Shown: positions 1 to 10,308 of the stretch, one piece after another | Layout of the letters: each line of letters begins with the position of its first letter | Numbering within the stretch: position 1 is the stretch's first letter | Source of the DNA: Candidatus Cloacimonadales bacterium | GTDB taxonomy: Bacteria; Cloacimonadota; Cloacimonadia; Cloacimonadales; JAFGVF01 | Reading direction: 5' to 3' | Length of the DNA: 64,000 nucleotides | NCBI GenBank assembly: GCA_963663475.2 | Contig: CAXXJV010000001.1 | Span: 608,001-672,000, forward strand | Notes under the pieces: generated by a model | Told to the model about the DNA's origin: nothing | The model's database searches: none | Seen by the model: only the letters and a program-made list of their open reading frames with translations | Program-made: the position numbers and the translations under genes

Positions 1-605
1 TTCATGCTCATGAGATTTTAGAACTAATCCTTTCAATTACAATTGTTAGAAAAGATACTAAAGTTTTAGCAAAAACACTATTAAATACCTTTGGTGGTTT
101 AAACTCAGTTATGAATGCCTCAGCTGAGGATTTACAAGAGATTCCAGGTGTTGGACTTAAAACAGCTACCACGATTAAATTATTTAAGGATGTTAATGTT
201 TATCTCATGCGGGAAAAAATGAATAGAATCCATGTTTTTAAATCTGTTGAATCAGTCCATAATTACCTAATACTTAAGTATAGAGGTGTTAAGAATGAAG
301 AGTTCAGAGTCCTGTATGTTAATAGTAAGAATATACTCTTAAAAGATGGACTTATTTCTAAAGGGATTTCAACCAAGACTTTAATAGATTTTAGATTAAT
401 TGCCAAAGAGATATTTAATATTTCAGCAACAGGCATAATTGTTGTTCATAATCATCCATCAGGCGACTGCAAGCCATCAAATCAAGATATTTCTACTACT
501 AATAATCTTAAGTCTTTCTTAAATCATTTAAATGTACGTTTGCTAGACCATTTTATTGTAGGATATGATGAAATATTTTCTTTTGCTGAAGAGGGACTTC
601 TGTAA
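1..605 (+). CDS. radC: RadC/JAB-domain protein, 5' end outside the window
   Basis: Frame is open from position 3 (HAHEILELILSITIVRKDTKVLAKTLLNTFGGLNSVM...). HhH motif IPGVG and JAB motif HNHPSGDCKPSNQD...LLDH. Confidence 0.9.
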   Translation, partial: HAHEILELILSITIVRKDTKVLAKTLLNTFGGLNSVMNASAEDLQEIPGVGLKTATTIKLFKDVNVYLMREKMNRIHVFKSVESVHNYLILKYRGVKNEEFRVLYVNSKNILLKDGLISKGISTKTLIDFRLIAKEIFNISATGIIVVHNHPSGDCKPSNQDISTTNNLKSFLNHLNVRLLDHFIVGYDEIFSFAEEGLL

Positions 606-607
606 GC

Positions 608-733
608 CACATAGTCTATTAGAGCTTTAGTAATACTTTGCTAAAGCTAGGTATCACAGGTTAATAGTGCATATTCTTTTAGATAAATAATATAGTTCTA
701 TTCTCAAAAATCTACTGCATTATTTAGATTTTA
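608..733. repeat. Degenerate copy of MITE-like repeat family C
   Basis: Left end tagagctttagt and right end ctattctcaaaaatctactgcattatttaga resemble the termini of the copies at 18277 and 39298. Confidence 0.5.
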
Positions 734-738
734 GCTAA

Positions 739-778
739 AAGAAAGAGCAATAAATCAAGTATTTTATTGCTCTTTCTT
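739..778. terminator. Bidirectional intrinsic terminator between convergent radC and the HtrA gene
   Basis: 16-bp perfect inverted repeat aagaaagagcaataaa/tttattgctctttctt with an 8-nt loop. Confidence 0.7.
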
Positions 779-836
779 ACTTTATTAAACCCGAAGTTAT
801 TCTGTTAACATCTGAGAATATTGTCGCCCTTCAGGA

Positions 837-1988
837 TTAAGCTTCTTCTATGATATATTTAATTTGGATATTTTCATTATTTCTTACGACATCCAAGACT
901 ACTTCATCTCCAACAAAGATATCGATAATTGCTAAATTGATATCATTCCTATCTGCTAAAACAACTCCATTAATTCCTATGAGTTTATCTCCTAGTAATA
1001 AGCCAGCTTCTTTACAAGCTGAATTGTCTTTTATTTGAACTACTGTTAATTCTTGTGAGCTACTTGTTCTTGAAGAAGAGGCATGTACTTTAAAACCATA
1101 GTCTATAGTCCTTATTTTACCAAATTGAACTAATTCATAGACAACTTTTTTTACCCTATTGATTGGAATAGCAAAGCCTATACCTACAGAGCCACCAGAC
1201 TCTGATAAAATGAAGGTATTTATACCTATCACTTCCCCTTGGACATTTACCAAAGGACCACCACTATTACCTGGATTGATAGCAGCATCTGTCTGAATCA
1301 TCCTCTTATATATCTTATTATCACTAGTACTGGGATCACTAAAATTTCTATTCAGAGCAGAAATTACTCCAAATGAAAGGGTTGGCTTCGAATCTTTGAT
1401 AATGAAGCTATAAGGATTACCTAGGGCAATAGCCCATCTACCAATTTGTAATTTATCAGAATCAGCTATTTTAGCGCAATCATGATTATCACCAGCAATT
1501 TTTAAAACTGCAATATCATGTTCATCTGCAACTCCTACTAATTTGGCTTGACTGTGCTGCCCATCATTGGCCACGACAGTTATTTCAATAGCTTTTTCAA
1601 CAACATGAGCATTGGTTATAATATAGCCATCTTCTGTTATTATTACACCTGTACCCACTGATTTGACATCCCTATAGCGGGGATAATAACCAAAGAATTG
1701 ATCAAAGATAGAGTAAGGTCTATTTCGCACACTTTCTCTCTTGAGAACATTTACAGAAACTACTGATTTTGAAATCTCTTGGGCAGATAAAACAATTTTA
1801 CTTTCTAAATCTAAAGCTAAAGTAGAATCTTTGAAAATAGTAGATTTAAAGGCATCAAATTCTTCTTGAGTAATATATTTAGACTTATCCTCATTTGCAT
1901 CATCCATAAAGAAACCTGTATAGGTTATCACAACTAGAAATATTATATTTATGACTATAATATATATCGATGTTTTGCTATGTTTCAC
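837..1988 (-). CDS. HtrA/DegP-family trypsin-like serine protease with PDZ domain
   Basis: N-terminal TM segment, TNAHV, DIAVLK, TDAAINPGNSGGPL catalytic motif, C-terminal PDZ. Confidence 0.92.
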   Translation of the reverse strand: MKHSKTSIYIIVINIIFLVVITYTGFFMDDANEDKSKYITQEEFDAFKSTIFKDSTLALDLESKIVLSAQEISKSVVSVNVLKRESVRNRPYSIFDQFFGYYPRYRDVKSVGTGVIITEDGYIITNAHVVEKAIEITVVANDGQHSQAKLVGVADEHDIAVLKIAGDNHDCAKIADSDKLQIGRWAIALGNPYSFIIKDSKPTLSFGVISALNRNFSDPSTSDNKIYKRMIQTDAAINPGNSGGPLVNVQGEVIGINTFILSESGGSVGIGFAIPINRVKKVVYELVQFGKIRTIDYGFKVHASSSRTSSSQELTVVQIKDNSACKEAGLLLGDKLIGINGVVLADRNDINLAIIDIFVGDEVVLDVVRNNENIQIKYIIEEA

Positions 1989-1998
1989 GTGAAACCTC

Positions 1999-2742
1999 TT
2001 ATAATATTTTATTAATTATTGATTTAATTTCCTTGATATCACAGCTAGTATTATAGCAGGGGCCATTAGGTCTTGAATTTAAGATACCAATTACGGGAAT
2101 CTTATCAATATCCTTAATTCCTTCAGTTAAATCACGATGGCAAGCTACAGCCAAGATAATTTTAGGACGAATATCTTTGATGATTTTCCTAGCTAGAGTA
2201 CCACCTGTTGCAATTCTTACCTTGATACCATACTCTGTTTGAATCGCTTTAAAGTCTTGGATAAGGCATTTACCGCAATCGTGGCAGTTATCTATATCAC
2301 TTGTTACTTTGTAGGGGCAGTCAGCATTTTGTAGGCAATGAGGGAGAAGAATAAGAATATCTTTCCTGTCATATTTAGCAATTTGTTTCTTTCTTATATT
2401 ATTATTATAGGCTATAAGCAATCTAGAGAATTTTTGATAATAGATACTTTCGCTATCAAATAGTTTATGAATTATTGGATAAAATAAATGGTAGAAACAA
2501 TAATAACTTATTCCAGTTAGGATGAGAATTTTCTTTGATTTTACATTTATTAGGGAGATACTTATACCAAAGGCTAAAATGAAGATAAGAAGTCCTATGA
2601 GGAAAAACAGACTATCGGTAGTTAAGTTAAAAAAGGTTATTTTATCCCTGAAGGGGTAGATGATAAAAACTAGTGATAGAAGTGATATAGTTAGCTTAAG
2701 AGCATAACTATAAAGGTGCTTACCCAAGTTTTTCATTAACAT
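1999..2742 (-). CDS. DUF116-family membrane-anchored Cys-rich protein
   Basis: LLPHCLQ...CHDCGKC...TGGTLARK...VAC...GPC pattern preceded by TM helices. Confidence 0.8.
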   Translation of the reverse strand: MLMKNLGKHLYSYALKLTISLLSLVFIIYPFRDKITFFNLTTDSLFFLIGLLIFILAFGISISLINVKSKKILILTGISYYCFYHLFYPIIHKLFDSESIYYQKFSRLLIAYNNNIRKKQIAKYDRKDILILLPHCLQNADCPYKVTSDIDNCHDCGKCLIQDFKAIQTEYGIKVRIATGGTLARKIIKDIRPKIILAVACHRDLTEGIKDIDKIPVIGILNSRPNGPCYNTSCDIKEIKSIINKIL

Positions 2743-3682
2743 TTAACTTAGCCCCAAGGTTGTAAGCATGGGCTGTCATTACTTTTTTACCTTGTGGTTT
2801 AACTTCAGTGACTAGCACTTGTCCCCCATTACAAGAAACCACAAAACCTTCATTCTTAATAATTTGGGTAATTACTCCTGGGGGATAAATATTTTCATCT
2901 GAATATTTTTCAGCTCTAAGTATCTGCAGGTCTTTACCTTGTCTTTGGGTTCTTGCTCCAGGTTGATAAGAAAGACCTCTAATTTTTCCCAGTATATTAT
3001 ATAGGTTAGCATTCCAATCAATAAGCAAATCATCTTTTTCTACTTTTTGGCAATAAGTAGCTTGAGAATCATCCTGTTTAATAAGTTCATATCCTTGTTT
3101 TTCAATACCTTGCAAGGTTTCCAATAAGAATTCAGCACCTAAAGTAGCCATATAGTCAGAGTATTCTGAAAAATTCATCTTAGGGGGAACTTGAATCTTT
3201 TTCTGATTTATAATAGGACCAGCATCCATAGCAGCAACAATTTTAAAAATAGTCAAAGCAGAAATTTCATCATTACGAAAAAGAGAGCTTTGGAGGGGTG
3301 AGGCTCCTCTTAAGTCAGGTAGCAAAGAGGGATGGAGATTTATACAGCCAAGAGAGGGTATTTTCCTAAGCCTTTTGCCCAAAAAGCCACCATAAGCGAC
3401 CGTTACTAGTATATCTGGACTTAGATCACTAATTTCTTTTAAAACATCCTCAGAATTGATATTTGAAGGCTGAATTATTGGCAGTTTTAATTCCAGGCTG
3501 CTAATTTTTACAGGACAGGGCGTAACCTTCCTATTTCTTCCTCTAGCTTTATCAGGTTGGGTAACAACCAGAATTGGTTTAAATTTACTTGAGTTTAAAA
3601 TCTCTAAACTTTTAACAGCAAATTCAGGTGTACCTAGGAAGATTACTTTTTTAATTTGATCAGTCTTGTATATTTTCGCCAT
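2720..3682 (-). CDS. fmt: Methionyl-tRNA formyltransferase
   Basis: FLGTPEFA, VVTQPD, NLHPSLLP, MDAGP; follows def. Confidence 0.96.
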   Translation of the reverse strand: MAKIYKTDQIKKVIFLGTPEFAVKSLEILNSSKFKPILVVTQPDKARGRNRKVTPCPVKISSLELKLPIIQPSNINSEDVLKEISDLSPDILVTVAYGGFLGKRLRKIPSLGCINLHPSLLPDLRGASPLQSSLFRNDEISALTIFKIVAAMDAGPIINQKKIQVPPKMNFSEYSDYMATLGAEFLLETLQGIEKQGYELIKQDDSQATYCQKVEKDDLLIDWNANLYNILGKIRGLSYQPGARTQRQGKDLQILRAEKYSDENIYPPGVITQIIKNEGFVVSCNGGQVLVTEVKPQGKKVMTAHAYNLGAKLNVNEKLG

Positions 3683-4223
3683 TTGATTTTGTTTGGTTAA
3701 TATAATGATCGATTTTATTTTTATGCATAAGATATTTCAGTTTGTTGAGGTGATCTACAAAAAGTACACCATTCAAATGGTCAAATTCATGTTGGAAGAC
3801 CACAGCAGGGAATTCAGAGAATTCTTCTTGGAAGAAATTACCGTCAACATCTTGAGCTTTAATTTTTATATGACTTGGTCTTTTAACTTTTTCAAAAACA
3901 TCAGGCACACTTAAGCAGCCTTCTTCGTGAGTAATAAGTCCTTCAGAAAAAGTAATTTCAGGATTAATAAAGACTTTTGGACTTTTAGTAGCTCCTTCTT
4001 GGGCCCAATAAAAATCGACTACAAAGATGCGTTTACTTACTCCAACTTGAGGGGCTGCTAAACCAACCCCATCAGTTACATACATAGTATAGGTTAGGTC
4101 ATCCACAAACTTTTTGAGTTCCTCGTCAAAATCTGTAACAGGTTCAGCTGTTAATCTGAGTACCTTATCCCCAATAATTCTTATCTTGAGGAGTTTTTTT
4201 TTATTTGTTTTCGCCTTTTTCAT
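3660..4223 (-). CDS. def: Peptide deformylase
   Basis: GVGLAAPQVG, EGCLS, QHEFDHLNG motifs. Confidence 0.97.
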   Translation of the reverse strand: MKKAKTNKKKLLKIRIIGDKVLRLTAEPVTDFDEELKKFVDDLTYTMYVTDGVGLAAPQVGVSKRIFVVDFYWAQEGATKSPKVFINPEITFSEGLITHEEGCLSVPDVFEKVKRPSHIKIKAQDVDGNFFQEEFSEFPAVVFQHEFDHLNGVLFVDHLNKLKYLMHKNKIDHYINQTKSNGENIQD

Positions 4224-4554
4224 CCACTTTTCCTACTACTGCACTTTTGACAACTTCAATAACTGTGTGTGTATTTTTATCAATTTCAATAGACATTGTA
4301 TTTTTATCGCTATCTACTTTAACAATTTTACCAAGTATTCCACTACTTAGTTGAATTTGATCATTTTTTTGTAAGCTATCAAGCATATTTTGATGTTCTT
4401 TTTGCTGTTTTTTCTGTGGTCTTAATATTAAAAAATAGAATATTAAAGCGAAGGGAACCATCATGATAAGCATACTCATGAAGCCATTACCTTGTTGTCC
4501 ACCTTCACCTGCAGGAGGTGCAGCCATCATTAAACTAGTTATTATATTACTCAT
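4201..4554 (-). CDS. yajC: Preprotein translocase subunit YajC
   Basis: IFYFLILRPQKKQQKEHQNML...GILGKI; aaggag RBS. Confidence 0.93.
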   Translation of the reverse strand: MSNIITSLMMAAPPAGEGGQQGNGFMSMLIMMVPFALIFYFLILRPQKKQQKEHQNMLDSLQKNDQIQLSSGILGKIVKVDSDKNTMSIEIDKNTHTVIEVVKSAVVGKVDEKGENK

Positions 4555-4635
4555 TTATTTCTCCTTTTATTAAGTTAAGTTCTATAAAAATATCTCTTAT
4601 TTTAAGTCAATACTTTTCTGATACTTATGCAGACA

Positions 4636-4968
4636 TTATCTATTTTGCATAAAATTTTCAAACTCAGCTACTTTTTCAACTAATTTCTTATAGAGGTCTT
4701 CATACTTGTCCCTATCCTCTTGTTTCCCAGCATTTTCTAGTTCAAGCCCAATTTGACTTAAATCTCCTAAAGATAAGTTTGCTGCAGTACCCTTTAGGGT
4801 GTGGCCGTTGTTTCTTATCATCAGGCCATTATCTTCTTGGACAGCTTTTTTAATATCTATAAGGATACCTTGAGCGAATTCAAGGAAGTCCTCAAGGAGT
4901 TCGTTGAGTAGCTCTTCATCTCCAACTCTTTCAATTGCATCCTGATAATCGAAAATATTCTTACTCAT
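4636..4968 (-). CDS. Stand-alone Hpt (histidine phosphotransfer) protein
   Basis: GHTLKGTAANL motif in a 110-aa helical protein; ggagg RBS. Confidence 0.9.
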   Translation of the reverse strand: MSKNIFDYQDAIERVGDEELLNELLEDFLEFAQGILIDIKKAVQEDNGLMIRNNGHTLKGTAANLSLGDLSQIGLELENAGKQEDRDKYEDLYKKLVEKVAEFENFMQNR

Positions 4969-5220
4969 TATTCCTCCATTTTATAAAGTATTATTAAAAT
5001 AAAATATACTTTTAAACCTGTCAACTATTATTTTATAGCAAATTCTAGCAAAGCAATTTCTATGTCAATGACTTACTTTAAGTAGGGGGATTGTTCACCT
5101 GGCTTTCACTTTAGCAAATGAAGAAAATTCTATAAGGAGAAAATAGTAGATGAAATAGCAATATTTTTCTTGTTTATTTCTTTTTGTATCCTTAGGAAAA
5201 GACCTCTTTCCTCCCCTATT

Positions 5221-5299
5221 CATCATTTATCCTTCCTTTACAGTCTTTCGATGAAACCTGGACTTTCATCGAAAGACTGTAAAGGAAGGAATAAGGATG
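5221..5299. repeat. Long palindrome family A, copy 1
   Basis: Arms tccttcctttacagtctttcgatgaaa (5230-5256) and its reverse complement (5264-5290), loop cctggac; other copies at 40530 and 61814. Confidence 0.95.
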
Positions 5300-5482
5300 C
5301 TACAAGGATAAGATTAGAGCTTTGAACTTGCTAGAGATTAAATTATGTCAAGATATTGGGCATGCAAGTTATAGCATATAGAAATGATATTGTAAGAATA
5401 TAAAGTTTATTTTTAAAATTAAATGCTTGACAAATAGATAAAATATATTAATTCTAATTTCGTAGATATAAGGAGTTATCAC

Positions 5483-7444
5483 ATGAACAAAGTTTATTTA
5501 AATGTTAAAAACTATGTCCAAAATGTCTTGTTAATTTTGTTAGTTATGTTTTGTTTAAATGCCTGTGAAGACAAGTCAACTAAAGCAGAAATTAGTCAGA
5601 TATTTGTTTCACCAGATTCTTTAAGTTTTGACGAGGAAAACATTAGTAGTGTAATCACTTTAACATCTGATAGTAGTCGAGAAGTAGAGTGGGAAATCAC
5701 ATCAAAAGCTCAATGGATAGAAGTTGATTACGATAGCGGTAGCCTTGCTGATGAAGAGGTCATTCTGGATTTTAGAGCTATCCCCTACACCTTGTGGCCT
5801 GGGACTTACCAAGATTCAGTAAAGTTCTCTTCTGCTTCAGGTTCTGTGTGTAAAGTAGATCTCTATCTTGAAGTAAGGGAAAAGCACCCTTACGGAGTTT
5901 TAACAATAGATAGTCTCTTAATGGCTAATTTAGTTGAAGATTGTTCATTTAAGCTTAAGAATTTAGGAACTGATAGTCTTGTTTGGAATCTTCATAAGAC
6001 AGAAGAATGGCTAGAAATTAGTCCTACTTCAGGCATACTTGCCAGGAACAGACATACTTTGATTCGAGTTAGTGTTGATAAGCATAATATGGATCCAGCA
6101 ATTCATCAAGGTGAAATTTTAATTACCTCTAATTCTTCATCTGGTAACATCACTCTTCCTTACCTTATTGAAATCCCAGAAATACCTATCTTAGAGTTGG
6201 ACCAAACAAAGATCAGGTTCATGTATGATGAAGATGTTGATTCCTTGCATATTATAAATCAGGGAAACAGTCCTTTAGAATGGAGAGCGATAATAGATGG
6301 ATCATTTGTGACTTTAACAGGAGATTCAGGGAGTATAAACGCTAAAGATTCTGTCTGTGTAGGGATTGAAATAGACAGAAGCGATTTGAGTACTGGAGTT
6401 CATTCAGGTGAAATTGCTTTTACTAATGGTGAAAATGAAATAGGGAGTGTGCAAATTGAAGTATTTAACTACGCAGAAAGTAATGGTAATAGATTTTTAG
6501 ATTTCAATATTGCAGATGCTAGATTTTCCAGACAACTTAATAAAATAATTGCTTTGTCCAATATCCCTAATCATGGTTTATATATAATAGACCCAGTAAG
6601 TGGTGATGACCAATATGTAAATCTATCCTATGAATCCTCATGTCTTTCTCTATCTCCCAATGGTCTATATGCTATAGTTGGGCATGATTATATCGCGAGT
6701 TATGTGAACTTACAGTCAATCTGTGTTGAAAGCGTCTATCTAATTTCAGGAAAAGCTGGTGATATTGTTTTAGATAATAATGGTTTCTTTCATGTCTTCC
6801 CTACTCAAGCTCAATGGACTCATGTATCGTCTGTGGAACTAGCAACAGGAAATGAACAAATTGACACATCATTAATTTATAGTGGTTGTAAGGGGAGATT
6901 ACATCCTTCAGGCAACTATATTTATGCATCTAATGATGCAATAAGCCCTGGTAATATTTATAAATTTAATATTAGTAATGGTTATGCAGATTATCTGTAC
7001 GATTTTCCCTACACAATTCCTAACCTAGTACCACGCTATTTCCCAAACTTATGGTTAGCTCACGATGGGACAAAAGCTTATTCTGGCAATGGTGAAATAT
7101 TTACTACAACAGATTTACAGGAATCAGATATGCTTTACCAAGGTGACTTTTCAGGGATTGATAGAATTGCTTGGTTGGATGATAACCCCAATTCAAGTGA
7201 TTTATATTTAATTGAAACTGGATCATATTTAGCTGAAACAGAAGTTAAAATTTATGACAGTAATAATTATACTTATATCAGAGGATATTCATTACCTATA
7301 TTGCAATTCCCAAATTATATGAGCATTCAGAATCGCCAAGCCAAAGGTAAATATGTTTTTTCTAACGATTCAGCTGATAGTTTATTCTGTTTAGCAACAA
7401 TATCTGGTTCAAGTTATTGGTTATTGCTTTCCTTTGATAACTAA
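5483..7444 (+). CDS. Lipoprotein with tandem BACON/Ig-like domains and a C-terminal beta-propeller
   Basis: Lipobox-like LNAC; three repeats of the W...W(I/L)EV/IS..SG pattern; C-terminal propeller-like repeats. Confidence 0.7.
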   Translation: MNKVYLNVKNYVQNVLLILLVMFCLNACEDKSTKAEISQIFVSPDSLSFDEENISSVITLTSDSSREVEWEITSKAQWIEVDYDSGSLADEEVILDFRAIPYTLWPGTYQDSVKFSSASGSVCKVDLYLEVREKHPYGVLTIDSLLMANLVEDCSFKLKNLGTDSLVWNLHKTEEWLEISPTSGILARNRHTLIRVSVDKHNMDPAIHQGEILITSNSSSGNITLPYLIEIPEIPILELDQTKIRFMYDEDVDSLHIINQGNSPLEWRAIIDGSFVTLTGDSGSINAKDSVCVGIEIDRSDLSTGVHSGEIAFTNGENEIGSVQIEVFNYAESNGNRFLDFNIADARFSRQLNKIIALSNIPNHGLYIIDPVSGDDQYVNLSYESSCLSLSPNGLYAIVGHDYIASYVNLQSICVESVYLISGKAGDIVLDNNGFFHVFPTQAQWTHVSSVELATGNEQIDTSLIYSGCKGRLHPSGNYIYASNDAISPGNIYKFNISNGYADYLYDFPYTIPNLVPRYFPNLWLAHDGTKAYSGNGEIFTTTDLQESDMLYQGDFSGIDRIAWLDDNPNSSDLYLIETGSYLAETEVKIYDSNNYTYIRGYSLPILQFPNYMSIQNRQAKGKYVFSNDSADSLFCLATISGSSYWLLLSFDN

Positions 7445-7609
7445 CTAGACGAGTAGATTGAAGTATTCCACTAAGGAAAACATAAGGAGAATTAAATTTT
7501 TATTGACATTATTATGTCTTAAGTATTTACTTGTTAAAATATATTAAGATTCGTAATAAATACTTAAATAAAGCCTTTAGAAGACCTATTTTGTGTTTGG
7601 AGGAAGGAT

Positions 7610-9916
7610 ATGGATTATAAAAAAAGAGTGGATGAGATATTAAATAATTCAAAGCTAATAATAGATTCTGACCCTGAAAGTGTTATAAAACAAGTCCTAG
7701 ATCTTTATTCAGAATTCGAAGATAGTAGTGATTATGAAACAACTGGCCAGCTCTGTAAATTTATAGGGACACTATATCTAAAAAACGGTAATTCCGCTTC
7801 AGCACAAAAATTTTATTTTCAAGCAATTTCAAATTTCAAGTTAGTGGATAATTTTAATGAGATTGCCAAAATATATAATAATTTAGTAATTTCAAGCTAT
7901 TATTTACATAAGTATGAGATGATTGAGGAGTATAGCAGGTTAGCATTAGATTATTTTGAGAAGTCAAGAGATGCTGGAGGTATTATATCTGTCACTAATA
8001 ACTTAGCTAAGTATTACCGTAACATCAATTCCTATGATAAGGCCTTTGTCCTCTTAGAAGACACCTTAAAGAGGTATAAGAATGAGATGGATCGAGAAGA
8101 CTATTTAGTCATGTCGGCTAACTTCGCAAATGTTTGTCTTAATAAGGGTAATATAGAGAAGGGGCTAGATATTCTGCTTGATTTGAGTGATAAGGTTAAG
8201 AATACTAAGTTCTACAATGCTAGTGCAGTTATCCATCTTTATCTTACAGAATACTATGAATCTATCGGAGATTATAAACTAGCTCTTGAAAGCCATAAAA
8301 AACGCTATAATAGTGCTATAATAGGCAGACAGGAAAGTATATCTAGTGATATTAATAACTACTTAAACACTTTGAATATTGATATTGACCGATTACAATA
8401 TGAAAGAACTCTAAAGCAAAATAAAGAGCTAATTCAGGCCCATGACTTAGTAACAAGGAAAAATGGTTTTTTAGAGACATTAATTAACACTATTCCTATA
8501 CCCTTATTTTATTGTGATAATAACTTTATTTATTTAGGATGTAATGATTCTTATACTAAATACTTTAATAAAAGTAGAGAAGAAATTATTGGTAAGCAGG
8601 TTGGTTTTACATTAGTCAATCAAGAAGAGATTGCTTATCTTACTCAGATGACTTGGGAAGCAAAAAGCAGTAATAAATCGATAAAGTTTATTGCTAATAT
8701 TACCAAAAAAGAGGGAGTCACAAGGACTGTTGAAATTGTATATAGTAATTTCTTTGATGAATCTAGTGAGCCTAGTGGTATGCTGTGTATGTTAAAAGAT
8801 ATTACTGCTGATATTGAACAACAAAAAGTGGTTAAAGAACTAAATGCCCACCTTAAATCAATTTTAGAAAGTGCCCCAAAAGTTTATATCTGTTCAATTG
8901 ATAGAAACTATAAATACACTTACTTTAATAAGAATTATGCTCAATCTGTAAAAAGGCATATAGGTTTAGAAGTTAAAAAAGGCTTTGATTATTTCAGAAG
9001 ATATCAGAGTCAAGCTGAAATCTCTGATAAAAGAAAGCTCTTGAGTAGAGTCTTTGCAGGTGAAACTATCTCAGGAGTTAGGGAATATACAAATCTTGAG
9101 AAGCCTGAAATATTACAATACTATTATTCCCCAATTATCGAAGATGATGGTCAGATAATTGGTGCAACTGTATTTTCCTATGATATTACGATGCGAGTTT
9201 TGGCACAGAGAGATTTAGCCCTTTCCAATAAGACTAAAGACAAATTCTTCTCAATCATTGCTCATGATTTACGTTCTCCGATTGGCAACATTAAGTCTGC
9301 TTTAGAGTTCTTAACAACAGAAAGAGATCTTTCTCAAGAAGACTTGATGGAGATGTTAGATAAACTATCCAGCTCCGCTATCAATACATATGATTTACTA
9401 GAGAATCTCTTGCAGTGGTCTTTAACCGAGAGGGGTCTAATTGAAAATAATTCTGAATATTATTATTTAAGTGAGTTAATTGACCAAGCTATTAAGATTA
9501 CCAAGAATATCGCCCATAGTAAAAATATCCAGCTAGAAACCTTGTGTTCTTCTGCTATCCAGGTGTATGTAGATAAAAATATGTTTTTCACTATATTAAG
9601 GAATTTAATAAATAATGCTATAAAGTATTCTTACGAAAACTCATCAATTATTATTAGGGCAACAAGTGATGATAAATATGCTCTTATAAAGGTAATTGAT
9701 CATGGTATTGGTATTAAAAAAGAAGTAATTCCTTATTTGAATCAAATGGATAAAACAGTAACAACCTATGGAACTTCAGGTGAGAAAGGGTCTGGTTTAG
9801 GACTAGTCTTATGTAATGAGCTTGTAACAAAAGTAGGCGGAAAGCTATGGGTTGAAAGCCAAGAAGGTAAGGGTTCAACCTTCTACTTCACTATCCCGGT
9901 AAAAGATAAATATTAA
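7610..9916 (+). CDS. Cytoplasmic TPR-PAS-PAS sensor histidine kinase
   Basis: TPR-like N-terminus, two PAS-like segments, H-box IIAHDLRSP, N-box NLINNAIKY, G boxes DHGIG and GSGLGL. Confidence 0.9.
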   Translation: MDYKKRVDEILNNSKLIIDSDPESVIKQVLDLYSEFEDSSDYETTGQLCKFIGTLYLKNGNSASAQKFYFQAISNFKLVDNFNEIAKIYNNLVISSYYLHKYEMIEEYSRLALDYFEKSRDAGGIISVTNNLAKYYRNINSYDKAFVLLEDTLKRYKNEMDREDYLVMSANFANVCLNKGNIEKGLDILLDLSDKVKNTKFYNASAVIHLYLTEYYESIGDYKLALESHKKRYNSAIIGRQESISSDINNYLNTLNIDIDRLQYERTLKQNKELIQAHDLVTRKNGFLETLINTIPIPLFYCDNNFIYLGCNDSYTKYFNKSREEIIGKQVGFTLVNQEEIAYLTQMTWEAKSSNKSIKFIANITKKEGVTRTVEIVYSNFFDESSEPSGMLCMLKDITADIEQQKVVKELNAHLKSILESAPKVYICSIDRNYKYTYFNKNYAQSVKRHIGLEVKKGFDYFRRYQSQAEISDKRKLLSRVFAGETISGVREYTNLEKPEILQYYYSPIIEDDGQIIGATVFSYDITMRVLAQRDLALSNKTKDKFFSIIAHDLRSPIGNIKSALEFLTTERDLSQEDLMEMLDKLSSSAINTYDLLENLLQWSLTERGLIENNSEYYYLSELIDQAIKITKNIAHSKNIQLETLCSSAIQVYVDKNMFFTILRNLINNAIKYSYENSSIIIRATSDDKYALIKVIDHGIGIKKEVIPYLNQMDKTVTTYGTSGEKGSGLGLVLCNELVTKVGGKLWVESQEGKGSTFYFTIPVKDKY

Positions 9917-10308
9917 TGGAAATTATTTGTGTAAGATTGAATCCTGGAGCTAGACTTAAGGAAGCAATCTATGAGCTTGCAAGCAGAAAAAAGATTAAAG
10001 CTGGGATAGTAGTAACTTGTCTTGGAAGTTTAAAAAAAGTAAATATTCGTTTAGCTGGAGCTGAAAATATTCTTTGCAAGACTCAAGCTTATGAGATTCT
10101 TTCCTTAACTGGAACTTTTAACAATAAAAATCAAGGGCATTTTCACATATCAGTTTCTGATAAAAATGGAGCATGTTGGGGTGGTCATCTCTTAGATGAT
10201 AATATAATTGCAAGTACTGTAGAAGTTGCCATAGGCATAATCCCTAATACTAGTTTCCTAAGGGAAAATGACCCAGAAACAGGTTATTTAGAATTGGTGG
10301 TGAAATGA
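9916..10308 (+). CDS. PPC/DUF296-domain protein
   Basis: RLNPG, EILSLTG, HFHISVSD...GGHL; start overlaps the kinase stop (TAATG). Confidence 0.88.
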   Translation: MEIICVRLNPGARLKEAIYELASRKKIKAGIVVTCLGSLKKVNIRLAGAENILCKTQAYEILSLTGTFNNKNQGHFHISVSDKNGACWGGHLLDDNIIASTVEVAIGIIPNTSFLRENDPETGYLELVVK

